Part shown: piece after piece, positions 8,551 through 21,201 of the stretch | How positions within the stretch are numbered: position 1 is the stretch's first letter | Layout of the letters: every line of letters begins with the position of its first letter | Source: Myxococcales bacterium | Lineage (GTDB): Bacteria; Myxococcota_A; Polyangia; Polyangiales; Houyiibacteriaceae | Direction: 5' to 3' | Length of the DNA: 64,000 bases | Assembly (NCBI GenBank): GCA_020430775.1 | Contig: JAGQJE010000038.1 | Location: 280 to 64,279, forward strand | Position numbers and translations under genes: made by a program | Notes under the pieces: generated by a model | Database searches by the model: none | Told to the model about the DNA's origin: nothing | Seen by the model: only the letters and a program-made list of their open reading frames with translations

Positions 8551-10392
8551 ATGGGCGCCGACACGTTGGTTCACCGGCTCGCCCAGTGGGCCGAGCGACG
8601 GCCGGACCGCGCCGCGCTCCACGGCGTCCGGGGTACGCACCGCTACACGGTCACCTGGAGCGACTACTGGCGCAACGCGCGCGATCTCGCGGCGGCTCTG
8701 ATCGAGCTCGGCCACCGGCCCGGCGAGTGCGTCGCGATGATCGGCGCGAACTACCCGGAGTGGGTCGAGTACCAGATGGCCATCCAGGCCGCGGGCGGCG
8801 TCCCGGCGCCCATCTACATGACGAACACCGAGGCGCAGGCGGGCTACATCGTCGCGCACTGTGGCGCCAAGATCGCCGTCGTCGACGGCGCTCCGGCGCT
8901 CGAGAAGCTCCTCCTCGCCGAGGGACAGGCGCTCTTTCCGCCCCTCGAGCACATCCTGTCGTTCGCGCCGATCGAAGGGAACCCCGACCCCCGGGTGATC
9001 CACTTCGACGAGGTGCTCGGGCTCGGCCGCGACGCGAGCGACGACACGAAGGCCGAGCGCGACCGGCGCATCGACGCGCTGCGCGACGACGACACGTGCC
9101 TGCTCATCTACACGTCGGGCACCACCGGCACGCCGAAGGCCGTCGAGCTGGACCACGCCGGCCAGCTCGTCGTGGGGGGCGCGGTCGGCGACTTCTACCC
9201 GGCCTTCTTCGAGGAGGGTCGCTACCGCGCCGTGAGCTACCTCCCGCTCACCGCCCAGGCGGAGCAGGTGTTCACCAACGTCTTCGCGCTCATGACCGGC
9301 GGAGAGGTGCACTTCTGCCCGGCCATCGCCGACGTGAGAGCGCACCTGCTCGCGGCGCGCCCGAGCGTGTTCCTCGGGATGCCGCGCGTCTGGGAGAAGC
9401 TCGAGGCGGCGCTGCGGGCACGCTTCTCGGAGGCGACCGGAGCGCGCGCGTGGCTGCTGCGCTGGGCGATGCACGCCGAGCTGTCCGCGTTCGATGCGCA
9501 GGTCACGCGCGGCGACCCTGACTACCTCCCGCTCACGCGTCGCCTCGCGCGCCGGCTCGTCATCGACGAGGTGCGGGCGGGGCTCGGGATGGACCGGCTC
9601 GAGCTCGCGTTCAGCGGCTCGGCGCCGCTCTCGCCCGAGACCCAGCGCTTCTTCGCCTCGGTGGGCGTCTGCATCTACGAGGGCTACGGCCTCAGCGAGA
9701 CGAGCGGGGTCGCCACCGTGACCGACTACGCGAAGCCGCGCTTCGGCACCGTCGGCAAGCCGCTGCGTGGCGTCGAGGTGCGGCTCGCCGACGACGGCGA
9801 GGTCCAGCTCCGAGGTCGCAACATGACGCGCGGCTACCGCGGGATGCCCGAAGAGACCGCGGCGCTCTTCACCGACGATGGCTGGATGCACACGGGCGAC
9901 CTCGGCGCCTTCGACCGAGAGGGCAACCTCCGGATCACGGGGCGCATCAAGGAGCTGCTGATCACCGCCGGCGGCAAAAACGTCGCGCCGGTCGAGCTCG
10001 AGAGCTACCTGCGGACCATCGAGGGCGTCGGCCAGGCGGTGGTCGTGGGGGACCGGCGCCCCTACCTGTGCGCGCTCGTCACCCTCGACCCGGAGGTGCT
10101 CCGCCCGCTGGCCGAGGCGGCCGGCGTGTCCCTCGACCCGGGGCTCGTCGACGGCGCGGCGATGGCCTATCTCGCGCGACAGCCGGAGATCCGTGGCCAC
10201 ATCGAGCGCGAGGCCGAGCGGTGCTGCAACGCGAAGGTCGCCCGCTACCAGACCATCAAACGCATCGCCGTGCTGCCGAACGAACTCACCACCGAGGGCG
10301 GCGAGCTCACCGCGAACCTCAAGCTGCGACGCGGTCCGATCGCGGACAAGTACGCCGACGTGATCGAGGCGCTCTACGCGCCGGAGCGCTGA
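8551..10392 (+). CDS. AMP-dependent long-chain acyl-CoA synthetase/ligase
   Basis: AMP-binding motif LLIYTSGTTGTPKAV, plus YGLSETSG, GWMHTGDLG and ITGRIKELLITAGGKNVAP. Confidence 0.85.
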   Translation: MGADTLVHRLAQWAERRPDRAALHGVRGTHRYTVTWSDYWRNARDLAAALIELGHRPGECVAMIGANYPEWVEYQMAIQAAGGVPAPIYMTNTEAQAGYIVAHCGAKIAVVDGAPALEKLLLAEGQALFPPLEHILSFAPIEGNPDPRVIHFDEVLGLGRDASDDTKAERDRRIDALRDDDTCLLIYTSGTTGTPKAVELDHAGQLVVGGAVGDFYPAFFEEGRYRAVSYLPLTAQAEQVFTNVFALMTGGEVHFCPAIADVRAHLLAARPSVFLGMPRVWEKLEAALRARFSEATGARAWLLRWAMHAELSAFDAQVTRGDPDYLPLTRRLARRLVIDEVRAGLGMDRLELAFSGSAPLSPETQRFFASVGVCIYEGYGLSETSGVATVTDYAKPRFGTVGKPLRGVEVRLADDGEVQLRGRNMTRGYRGMPEETAALFTDDGWMHTGDLGAFDREGNLRITGRIKELLITAGGKNVAPVELESYLRTIEGVGQAVVVGDRRPYLCALVTLDPEVLRPLAEAAGVSLDPGLVDGAAMAYLARQPEIRGHIEREAERCCNAKVARYQTIKRIAVLPNELTTEGGELTANLKLRRGPIADKYADVIEALYAPER

Positions 10393-10423
10393 GCCGCGAG
10401 CCGCGAGCCCGGCTCGCGCGTGC

Positions 10424-10672
10424 TCAGCTCGAGGGTTCGAGCTCGAAGCGGAAGTCCTCGATGACGGGGTTCGCCAAGAGCTGCTCGCACATGCGGCGCA
10501 CGGCGCGCTCCGCTTCGGTGCGGTCCGTCTCGTCGAGCTTCAGCTCGATCAGCTTGCCGACCCGCGCGGCCTTTACGCGCTCGAAGCCGAGCGAGGCGAG
10601 CGAGCGGCGCACCGCGTCCCCCTGCGGGTCGAGCACCTCGGTCTTCAGCGTCACGTAGATCTTGGCGTTCAC
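10424..10672 (-). CDS. purS: Phosphoribosylformylglycinamidine synthase subunit PurS
   Basis: 82 aa. IYVTLKTEVLDPQGDAVRRSLASLGF...VRVGKLIELKLD is typical of PurS. GTG start. Confidence 0.85.
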   Translation of the reverse strand: MNAKIYVTLKTEVLDPQGDAVRRSLASLGFERVKAARVGKLIELKLDETDRTEAERAVRRMCEQLLANPVIEDFRFELEPSS

Positions 10673-10727
10673 GGCGTCGGCTCCTGTCTCGCGCGACCTG
10701 GCCCGGCGTGTCGTACCGGCGGCCGCC

Positions 10728-11699
10728 TCAGCGGTCGAGGCCGAGGTTTTTGCGGATGCGCGGGCCTGGCGCCTCGGTGTTCGGCACGAATGGCTCGCCG
10801 CGGATCGTGTCGCAGGCCTCGATGTACCGCCGCGACGCCTCGACGCGCACGTCGTCCGGGATGGCCGGCGCTTCGCCGTCGCCGGAGTAGCCCTCCGCCT
10901 TCAGCCACCGGCGCACGTACTCCTTGTCGAAGGACTCGGGCGACTCGCCCTGCTCGAAGCGCTCGCGGTAGCTCTTGCTGAACCAGAAGCGCGACGAGTC
11001 CGCCGTGTGGATCTCGTCGATGATGACGATCTTGCCGTCCGGCGTGCGCCCGAACTCGTACTTCGTGTCGACGAGGATGAGCCCGCGGTCCGCGCAGACG
11101 CTCTGCCCGTACTTGAAGAGGTTCATCGCGTGCTCGGCCGCCTCGTCGAAGTCGCGCGCGCTCAGGCGCCCCATCGCGAGGATCTCGTCGCGCGACGCGG
11201 AGACGTCGTGCTCGCCGTGCTCCGCCTTGGTGCTCGGCGTGAGGATCGGCTCCGGCAGCTTCTGGTCCTTGCGCAGCCCGTCCGGCAGCTCGTGACCGCA
11301 GAAGGTGCGCACGCCCTTTTCGTAGTGGGTCCAGATACTCGTCGAGGTGACTCCAGTGATGTACGCGCGGACGACCATCTCCACGGGCAGCGGCTCGCAC
11401 TCGACGCCGATCATGACGTTTGGGTCGGGCACGTCGAGCACGTGGTTCGGCACGATGTGCGCCGTCTGCTCGAACCACCACGCGGCGAGCGAGTTCAGGA
11501 CCTGCCCCTTGTACGGCAGCGTGCCGATGACCCGGTCGAAGGCGCTGATGCGGTCGGTGACGACGATGATGCGTCGCCCGTCCGAGGTCGTGTAGTTGTC
11601 GCGGACCTTGCCTTCGTACTTCGTGCCGAGCGTGCCGAGGTCGGTGTGGTCGAGCGTTGCTTTCAGACCTGCGCGCAGCGTGTCGAGTGTGACGGTCAT
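10728..11699 (-). CDS. purC: Phosphoribosylaminoimidazole-succinocarboxamide (SAICAR) synthase, long form
   Basis: YEGKVRDNY...IIVVTDRISAFDRV...VDTKYEFG. Start set to ATG 11699 (MTVTLDTL). Confidence 0.9.
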   Translation of the reverse strand: MTVTLDTLRAGLKATLDHTDLGTLGTKYEGKVRDNYTTSDGRRIIVVTDRISAFDRVIGTLPYKGQVLNSLAAWWFEQTAHIVPNHVLDVPDPNVMIGVECEPLPVEMVVRAYITGVTSTSIWTHYEKGVRTFCGHELPDGLRKDQKLPEPILTPSTKAEHGEHDVSASRDEILAMGRLSARDFDEAAEHAMNLFKYGQSVCADRGLILVDTKYEFGRTPDGKIVIIDEIHTADSSRFWFSKSYRERFEQGESPESFDKEYVRRWLKAEGYSGDGEAPAIPDDVRVEASRRYIEACDTIRGEPFVPNTEAPGPRIRKNLGLDR

Positions 11700-11835
11700 C
11701 GTGGCTCCCGTGTAAGCGGCCCGGACGCTAGCACACGCCGTGGTCATCGCGACGCCCCGTCCGGGCAGGCGGCTCGGGTTGGGCTTGCCGCATCGACGCT
11801 TGACCGTCCAGCCGGCGGACATTACCCACAGCGAC

Positions 11836-12432
11836 ATGGCCGGCTACGACCTCGCGTCGATCCGCGCGCACCTTCAGCGAGGCGCCGTCGAGCCCGACCC
11901 GCCGTCCCGGCGGTACGCGTGCGTCGCGGCGATTCTTCGGCCTGGGAGCGACGGCGCCGAGGTCCTGCTCATCCGCCGCAGCGAGCAGATCGGCGACCCC
12001 TGGTCCGGGCAGATGGCGCTCCCTGGGGGCCGCCACGACCCGAGCGATCGCGACCTCCTGTACACCGCCACCCGGGAGACGAGCGAGGAGGTCGGCCTCG
12101 ACCTCGATCGCGGCTCCGAGTGGATCGGCCAGCTCGCGGACGTGCAGGCGGTGTCCCGCGGGCGACGGCTCGGCCTGTTCATCCGCCCCTTCGTCTTCGC
12201 GTTCGACGATCCCGGCCACGCGACCGACGCGCTCACGCTCAACCCGAGTGAGGTCGCCGAGGCGCTCTGGGCGCCGCTCGGACCGATGGCGCGCGGCGAG
12301 CTCGACACGACCAAGCGCTACGTCTACGAGGGCCACGAGCTCGACCTGCCGGCCTACGACGTCGGCGGCCGGGTGGTCTGGGGCCTGACCCACCGCGTGC
12401 TCGCGCGGCTGTTCGCCCCGCTCGACCGCTGA
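11836..12432 (+). CDS. NUDIX hydrolase (CoA-pyrophosphatase-like)
   Basis: Nudix box GGRHDPSDRDLLYTATRETSEEVGL. Start set to ATG 11836. Confidence 0.75.
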   Translation: MAGYDLASIRAHLQRGAVEPDPPSRRYACVAAILRPGSDGAEVLLIRRSEQIGDPWSGQMALPGGRHDPSDRDLLYTATRETSEEVGLDLDRGSEWIGQLADVQAVSRGRRLGLFIRPFVFAFDDPGHATDALTLNPSEVAEALWAPLGPMARGELDTTKRYVYEGHELDLPAYDVGGRVVWGLTHRVLARLFAPLDR

Positions 12433-12483
12433 GCTCTCTCAGCGCACGGCCAACGCACACAGCGCGTGCTAGCGTTCCGAGCC

Positions 12484-12780
12484 ATGCCCGCCGCCGATCC
12501 GAACCGCATCGTTCACTGCGTGAAGCTCGACAAAGACCTCCCCGGCCTCGCGCGGCCGCCTTTCAAGAACCAGCTCGGCCAGTACATCTACGAGCACGTC
12601 TCGAAGCAGGGCTGGGACCTGTGGCTGCAAGAGAGCGTGCGCTACATCAACACGTATCGCGTCGATCTCTCGTCCCGCGAGGGCACGGAGTTTCTGCTCA
12701 ACCAGCTCCGCATCTGGCTCGGGCTCGAGGAGGGCGAGCTGGCCGCGACCGCTTGGCGCCCGCCATCTGAAGGTGCCTAG
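12484..12780 (+). CDS. yggX: Fe(2+)-trafficking / oxidative-damage protection protein YggX
   Basis: RIVHCVKLDKDLPGLARPPFKNQLGQYIYEHVSKQGWDLWL...INTYRVDL matches the YggX family pattern. Confidence 0.8.
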   Translation: MPAADPNRIVHCVKLDKDLPGLARPPFKNQLGQYIYEHVSKQGWDLWLQESVRYINTYRVDLSSREGTEFLLNQLRIWLGLEEGELAATAWRPPSEGA

Positions 12781-13463
12781 CCGCGCTCGATGAGGCGCCA
12801 CTCGGCGAGGAGGTAGTTCTCGGTCTGCTGTAGATCGAGGAAGTAGCGCGCGTGGCGGGCGATCTCGACCATGTTCGGGGCGAAGCGCCGCACGCCGCCG
12901 AACATGCGCACGGGGTTCAGCAGGTCGGCGCGCGTCCGGAAGTGCTCCTCGACGACGCCGTCGAAGGGCGGCGCCTCGCCTGCCACGGGCGAGGTGACGA
13001 CGTTGCGCACGTAGCTCCACAGGGGGTGGATGCGCAGGGCCTTCGGCGTGTGGACCCCGTGCCACTCGCGGACGAACGCCGCCGGGTCGAAGCGCGGGTG
13101 GCGCGCGAGCAGCGTGAGCAGCACGACCCCCGGCGAGCGCTCACCGAGCGGCCACGTGCGCTCGTTTCGGACCGGGTACGACTCGTCCACCGCGTAGCCG
13201 AAGAACTCGACGCCAGGGCCCTCGAGCGCCCGCGCGACGGCGGCGGTGTCGACGTCGCCCCAGGCGGAGACCATCAGGAGGTTGTCGCGCCGCAGCGGCA
13301 GGACCGTGAGGCGCGGGGGCGGGTCGGCCGTCAGGCTGAGCTTGAGGCCACCGGGCGCGAGCGGGGTGAGCGCAGCCGCCGTCTGGTCGAGCGTGCGGCG
13401 CCTGAACGCCTCGCGGTCGCCGCGCGACCTCGCGAAGAAGAGGTGTTTGGTGCAGGCAGGCAT
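12777..13463 (-). CDS. Hypothetical protein, possibly EthD-domain-like
   Basis: C-terminal half (FDPAAFVREWHGVHTPKAL...FDGVVEEHFRTRADL) resembles the EthD pattern. Start set to ATG 13463; the rest of ORF 12777-14099 overlaps ydeP antisense. Confidence 0.45.
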   Translation of the reverse strand: MPACTKHLFFARSRGDREAFRRRTLDQTAAALTPLAPGGLKLSLTADPPPRLTVLPLRRDNLLMVSAWGDVDTAAVARALEGPGVEFFGYAVDESYPVRNERTWPLGERSPGVVLLTLLARHPRFDPAAFVREWHGVHTPKALRIHPLWSYVRNVVTSPVAGEAPPFDGVVEEHFRTRADLLNPVRMFGGVRRFAPNMVEIARHARYFLDLQQTENYLLAEWRLIERG

Positions 13464-13549
13464 CAGGGCGATGAAAGCCGCCCGCGGCCGCGGACGCAAG
13501 GCGCGCTGGCCGCGGTCGAGGACCCCGAGCGGGCGCGGCGACGCGCGGC

Positions 13550-15858
<2,309 letters not shown>

Positions 15859-15862
<4 letters not shown>

Positions 15863-16839
15863 CCGCGCGCCTCCATCGGCGGGCGCGAGCCGGGTTCGAC
15901 GGGCGCGGGCGTCCGTGCGCGCCGCCCGGCGCTCTCGGAGAACGCGACGCGCTCGGCGCCGGCGTACACGTTGAAGCGGTCGTCGCGCGCGAAGGCGATG
16001 AGCGTGAGCCCGAAGCGCTCGGCCGCCTCGACGGCGAGGCTCGACGCCGCCCCGACGGTCACGAGGACGGGCACTCGGGCCATCACCGCCTTGTGGACGA
16101 GCTCGAAGCTCGCCCGGCTGGTCATGACGAGCGCCGAAGCCGCGTGCAGCGCCTCGTCCGTCGCGGCGCCGATCACCTTGTCGAGCGCGTTGTGGCGCCC
16201 GACGTCCTCCCGCAAGAGCGCGAGCCGGTGGCGCTGGTCGAAGAGCGCCGCGGCGTGCGTGCCGCCCGTGTGGCGAAAGCAGGTCTGCGCGGCCTCGAGC
16301 GCCTCGAGCATCGAGCGGAGGGCGCGCGCGTCGAGCGCCGGCGCGTCGGGCCCCGCGGGCCCCAGCGGGCGCGCGCCGAGGGCGTGCAGCGCGTCGAGCG
16401 AGGCCGCCCCGCAGATGCCGCACGCGCTCGTCGTCGGAAAGCGCCGGTTGAAGAGCCTCGGCGGGAGCGTGACGCCCGGCGCGAGCACCGCCCGCACCCG
16501 GTTCGAGCCCGCGTCGCGCTCCGAGCCCGCGTGGCGCGTTGCGCCCGCGTCGCGCTCGCCTCTCCGGGCGTCGCGCGTCCCGGCGCAGTGTCGGAGCGCG
16601 AGCAGGTCGCCTGGCGCGCGCACGACGCCCTCGCTCCGGAGAAACCCGCGCGCCAGATCGAGATCGTGCCCCGGCGTGCGCATCGTCACGGCGAGCGGCG
16701 TCCGCTCGCGCGCCTCGGGCGGGCCGTGCTCGGCGACGATCGCCAGCGGCTCCTCGACGGCCACGAGGTCTCTTGCTCCCTCTGGCACGCCGCGCGCGAC
16801 GCGCACGACGAGGGTGTCGGTAGCGAGCTTGCGGTGCAT
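15859..16839 (-). CDS. fdhD: Formate dehydrogenase accessory sulfurtransferase FdhD
   Basis: TSACGICG and EDVGRHNALDK motifs. ATGA overlap with the ydeP-like gene start. Start ATG 16839. Confidence 0.85.
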
Positions 16840-17143
16840 GGCGGTTCCCCAGCGTACCGGACTCACGTGCGCCGTGGGGCAGTGTCGCGCCTCGCGCCTG
16901 TCATTTGCTTTTGACGACGGCTGGTGCTGCTCACACGCTCCGCGCGTGTGCGCTGGCCTTTGGTGAGCCCGCGCTCCGTCCTCGAGCCTGTCTGACCATC
17001 CTCGTGCCCCGTCCCCAACATCGACCCTCGTGCCTCCCGAAGCCTCTGCGTCGGGCGTGCGTTGCTGCTGTGGTGTTGGGCACCTCACAGCACGTTGGCC
17101 GCCTCTCCGCCCGGCGCGGCGCTCGGCACGCCTTGGAGCCGCG

Positions 17144-18235
17144 ATGAGCGCGCCAGTCGAGGTGCGCCTCGACGACGCCGAGGGGCCGACGGTGTTGGGC
17201 ATGCGGGTGCGTGAGCGCAACCGCCGCGTCGCGATGCACGCCGGCGCGATCGTCGGCACCGACGCGTCGGCGTCGGACCGGCCAGGCGCGGAGGCTCGGG
17301 CAACGCTCGAGGTGCCCTCGCACGTTGTCATCGAGGCCGCCCTCTTCGATCACCTCCCGGCGCCGGGCACCTCCGCGTGGTTGACATCGCCCGCGCAGGC
17401 GGCGCGGCTCCCCTGGGAAGCGCCGGGCGACGACGCGCCTGAGCGCCCGCTTCCGGAGGGCGTGTTCTACGACGTCGCCGACCCTTCGGTGGTCGGCTCG
17501 GTCGAGCGGGCGCTCCTACGCCACACGCAAAAGCCCACCGACGGCGTCGTCTCACGCCATATCAACCGCCCGCAGAGCCGTCTGTTCAGCCGTGCGTTCC
17601 TCCGGCTCGGGCTCGGTCCGAACCACGCGAGCTGCGTCAGCGCGTGCATCGGGCTCGCGTCCGGCTGGTTCGCGGCGCAGCCGGGTTGGTTCGGAGTCGC
17701 GCTCGCGGGCGTGTTTTTTCAGCTCGCCTCGATGTTCGACGGGGTCGACGGGGAGATGGCCCGCGTGACGGTCCGTCAATCGGCGCTCGGTGCCAAGATC
17801 GACACGGCGGTCGACAACGGAACGTACCTCGTGTGCCTCGTTGGGTTCGCCGTCGGCTGGGTCCGTGAGGGCGTCGGCCCGGCGCAGCTCGCCCTCGCCA
17901 TCGTGATGGTGGTGGGCGTCGTGGTGGTGCTCCTGCAAGCCCTGGTCTTCGTCCGCCGCTACGCACCGGACGCTTCGTTCGTCTTCGTCGACACCTGCGT
18001 CCGCCGGGCGGCGCGCACCTCATCCGCACCCACGCTTCGAGCCGCCGGCTGGTTCTTCTACCTCTTTCGCCGCGACGTGCTCGCGCTCGCGCTCATGCTC
18101 GTCGCGCTGACCGGCAGCCGGGCCGCGATCGTCGGGCTCGTCCTCGCGGGGCTGCTCGCCGCGAGCTTCACGCTGCTCGTCCACCGTCGCGCGCTCGTCC
18201 GCGCCGCGCTCGAGGAGACCTCTCCCGTTCCGTAG
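17144..18235 (+). CDS. CDP-alcohol phosphatidyltransferase family protein with ~130-aa N-terminal extension
   Basis: Signature DGVDGEMARVTVRQSALGAKIDTAVD (D-G-x2-A-R...G-x3-D-x3-D) plus multiple TM segments. Confidence 0.75.
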   Translation: MSAPVEVRLDDAEGPTVLGMRVRERNRRVAMHAGAIVGTDASASDRPGAEARATLEVPSHVVIEAALFDHLPAPGTSAWLTSPAQAARLPWEAPGDDAPERPLPEGVFYDVADPSVVGSVERALLRHTQKPTDGVVSRHINRPQSRLFSRAFLRLGLGPNHASCVSACIGLASGWFAAQPGWFGVALAGVFFQLASMFDGVDGEMARVTVRQSALGAKIDTAVDNGTYLVCLVGFAVGWVREGVGPAQLALAIVMVVGVVVVLLQALVFVRRYAPDASFVFVDTCVRRAARTSSAPTLRAAGWFFYLFRRDVLALALMLVALTGSRAAIVGLVLAGLLAASFTLLVHRRALVRAALEETSPVP

Positions 18236-18537
18236 GCGCGGCTACGCAGGCGTCCGCGGCGACGCGCTCCCGGCTGATTACGCTCGTTGCCGTTCTCCCG
18301 TCAACGAGGCCGCGGAAGCCGCCGCGTTCTCGGAGCGCGCTTCAGTGCGGCGCCGGCACGGGCGTACGCGTCACCTCGTGCCTTGATTTCCCTCAACCAT
18401 TATACTGTGCCACAACGACCTCCGGACGATCAGCCTCTGAGATCCTGACACGCTCTGCGAGCGCCTGATTTCGCTCGGTTGAGCTTGACCCCGCGCGTGA
18501 CGACGATCGACACGTCCGGGCCTGGAACGTTCCCGCG

Positions 18538-19659
18538 GTGGACGCCACGATCCTCATCGACGCTCGCTACGTCAAGACCCGACAAAGCGGCATCGGGCGG
18601 CACGTGCTCGCGCTGCTAAAGCGGCTGCCGAAGCTCGCGCCCGACCTCGAGTGGCGCGCCTGGACCGCGGCGGCCAACGCGAGCGCGTTGCCGACCGACA
18701 CGAACCTGCGGCCGGTCCACAATCGCTTCGCGCCCAACGCGGTCAGCTCGCTGCTTCCGCACGACGCGCTCTTCGATTTCACGGACGTCTCGCTCTTTCA
18801 TTCCCCCCACAACACGCTGGGTCCGCGTGTGCCGGTCCCCTCGGTGGTCACCATCCACGACCTGATGTGGCTGACGGACCCAGGCTATTGCGACCCGCGG
18901 CCGCTCGTCGGTGCGCTCCGAGCCCGGTATTTTCGCGGAGGGATCGCGCGGGCCATGGGCACCGCGGAGCACATCTTGACGGTCTCGAAGGCATCCGCCG
19001 ACGCGCTGGTCCGGTACGACAAGCGCCTCGCACGCAAGGTCACCGTCACCGCCAATGCCGTGGAGTCCGACTTCAGCCCGGCCGCCGACGCCAACGCTTC
19101 ACGCCGGATAGTCGACGATCTCGTAGGGGCGCATGTGACCTACTACCTCGTCGTCGGGCAGAACCAAGCGTCTAAGGGCCACGCGCTCGCCGTGCGCGCG
19201 TTCGCGCAGGTGCCTTCGAACCACAAGCTCGTGCTCGTGCAACGGCGACAACCCGGCAAGGGGCTGGCGAGGCTCGTCCACGAGTTCGGCATCGAGGGTC
19301 GGGTGCGTTGGCTGAGCGAGGTGAGCGAGTTGGAGCTGCGCTGCCTGCTGCAAAACGCGCACGCACTGCTCCAGCCCTCGTTCGCCGAGGGCTTCGGGAT
19401 GCCGGCGCTCGAAGCCATGGCCTGTGGGTGTCCGGTCATCGCGAGCGACATCCCGCCACTGGTCGAGGTGCTCGCGGGCGCGGGCCTGCACGCGCGCGTC
19501 GGCGACATGACTAGCCTCGCCGAGGCCATCGCGAGGATGAACGACCACGTCCTACGAGACGACCTGCGCGCGCGCAGCATCGAGCGCGCTCGCGAGTACT
19601 CCTGGGACGATAGTGCAGAGGTCACCGTCGCCGTCTACCGCGGGGTCCTCCGTATCTAG
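18538..19659 (+). CDS. Glycosyltransferase, GT-B fold (family 1/4)
   Basis: C-terminal EGFGMPALEAMACGCPVIASD (E-x7-E). GTG start. Preceded by a 300-bp lower-GC intergenic region. Confidence 0.85.
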   Translation: MDATILIDARYVKTRQSGIGRHVLALLKRLPKLAPDLEWRAWTAAANASALPTDTNLRPVHNRFAPNAVSSLLPHDALFDFTDVSLFHSPHNTLGPRVPVPSVVTIHDLMWLTDPGYCDPRPLVGALRARYFRGGIARAMGTAEHILTVSKASADALVRYDKRLARKVTVTANAVESDFSPAADANASRRIVDDLVGAHVTYYLVVGQNQASKGHALAVRAFAQVPSNHKLVLVQRRQPGKGLARLVHEFGIEGRVRWLSEVSELELRCLLQNAHALLQPSFAEGFGMPALEAMACGCPVIASDIPPLVEVLAGAGLHARVGDMTSLAEAIARMNDHVLRDDLRARSIERAREYSWDDSAEVTVAVYRGVLRI

Positions 19660-19698
19660 CAACCTCCATATGCGCTTCAGGCCCCTCGCCTCCCGCGT

Positions 19699-21201
19699 GT
19701 GGTTGCACCTACGGATCTGCGCCGCTCGGACGCTTTGACACCCGTGGACGAATCCACCCAACAATTGCAGCGGGGACTCAAGTGGTTCGGCGCCGCGAGT
19801 ATCGTCATCCGCATCGTCGACGTCGCGTCCGTGTTCGTCGTGTGGAAGTTCCTTAGCGCCGACGACATCGGCATCGCGGCCCTGTGTTCGAGCGTCATCG
19901 CGGTTGCCGATGCATTCACAGGGCTTGGCGTCGGCTACGCGATCGTGCAGTCGCCCGAGCTCTCGCAGCGCAAATTCGCGACGGCTTACTGGGTCGCCGG
20001 CGCGGCGGGAGTCGCCCTCGCGCTGGTGATCACTGCATCCGCGCCCGCGCTCGCCGCGTTCTACGGCAAGCCTTCGATGGTCGCGCTCATGGCCGTGTGG
20101 ACGCTCAAGCTCGTGTTCTCCGGATTCCTCGTGGGGCCGATGGAACGCCTGCAGCGCGACCTCCGGTTCCCCACGGTGAGCGCGGTCAGCCTGGGCGGCG
20201 CGATCGCTTCGACCACGGCGCGCATCACCACCGCGATGCTCGGCGGAGGCGCGTGGGCGTTCTGCCTCGGCGACGTCGCGCGTTACGGGTACACCTGCCT
20301 GCACTCGACGGCAGCGAGCCGCATGGGGTCGACGCGTTCGTTTTCGCGAGACGAGCTGCCGGGGCTGCTCCGCTTCGGTACCCCGCTGATGTTCTCCCAG
20401 GGCATCTTCGAACTCTACCGCCAGGCGGACAACCACGTGGTCGCGGCGCTCTTCGGCACGACGACCGCTGGCCTGTACCGCGTCGCGAAGGACCTCGCGA
20501 CCTCGCCGCTGCAAGCGATCATGCTCGTCGCGAACCGTGTCGCGTTCCCCGTCTTCTCGCGCCACGCCCACTCCCCGAAGATCCTCGCCGACGCGTTCTA
20601 CACGATGTCGCGCTACCTCAGCACGCTCATCGGGCCGGTGACGGTCTTCTTGTTCATCGCCGCTGAGGACGTGATCGCCGTCATCGCGAAGCCAGAATGG
20701 TCCGCGGCAGCGCCGCTGCTACGGATCCTCTGCGTCGCGTACTTTCTCCGCGTCAACGCGCAGCTCTTTGCTGAGCTGTTTCGGGCCGCCGGCAAACCGC
20801 GCTGGCTCCTCTTCGACTCGGTGCTCAGCGTCATCATGCTCGCGCTCTCCTACACGGTCGCGGCGCTCTGGTTCCGACAGAGCGTAGGCGTCGCGTCAAT
20901 CTGCTACGCCACGGCGATCAGCTTTCCCCTCGTACTCGTCGCCCTGATCGCGGTCGGCCGTACGCGTTTCGGGATCGCGGCGAGCGATTGGGTTCGAAGC
21001 CTGCTCGCGTCCATGCCGGTGACCCTGCTGGCCGGGGCGCTCGTCTGGCTCAGCATGCGGTACGGCGCGCCCTTGGTGGCGCGCGGGCTCGGCCTGCCTT
21101 CATCGAGCGCGTTGCGGGTCTCTCTCGCCCTACTCGCAGCGCTCGCCGCATACGCCGTGAACTTCCGCTTCACCCGGCGCCTACGGTCGAGCGTACGCTG
21201 A
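19699..21201 (+). CDS. Polysaccharide biosynthesis protein / oligosaccharide flippase (MOP/Wzx-like)
   Basis: 500 aa with about 12-14 hydrophobic segments. N-terminal GLKWFGAASIVIRIVDVASVFVVWKFL is typical of this family. Confidence 0.75.
   Translation: MVAPTDLRRSDALTPVDESTQQLQRGLKWFGAASIVIRIVDVASVFVVWKFLSADDIGIAALCSSVIAVADAFTGLGVGYAIVQSPELSQRKFATAYWVAGAAGVALALVITASAPALAAFYGKPSMVALMAVWTLKLVFSGFLVGPMERLQRDLRFPTVSAVSLGGAIASTTARITTAMLGGGAWAFCLGDVARYGYTCLHSTAASRMGSTRSFSRDELPGLLRFGTPLMFSQGIFELYRQADNHVVAALFGTTTAGLYRVAKDLATSPLQAIMLVANRVAFPVFSRHAHSPKILADAFYTMSRYLSTLIGPVTVFLFIAAEDVIAVIAKPEWSAAAPLLRILCVAYFLRVNAQLFAELFRAAGKPRWLLFDSVLSVIMLALSYTVAALWFRQSVGVASICYATAISFPLVLVALIAVGRTRFGIAASDWVRSLLASMPVTLLAGALVWLSMRYGAPLVARGLGLPSSSALRVSLALLAALAAYAVNFRFTRRLRSSVR

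Noticed and set aside
18401-18406. TATACT -10-like hexamer upstream of the GT1 gene
   Set aside because: The best -35-like element (TTGATT) is only 12 nt away and nothing suitable lies at 16-18 nt. Not enough evidence for a promoter call.
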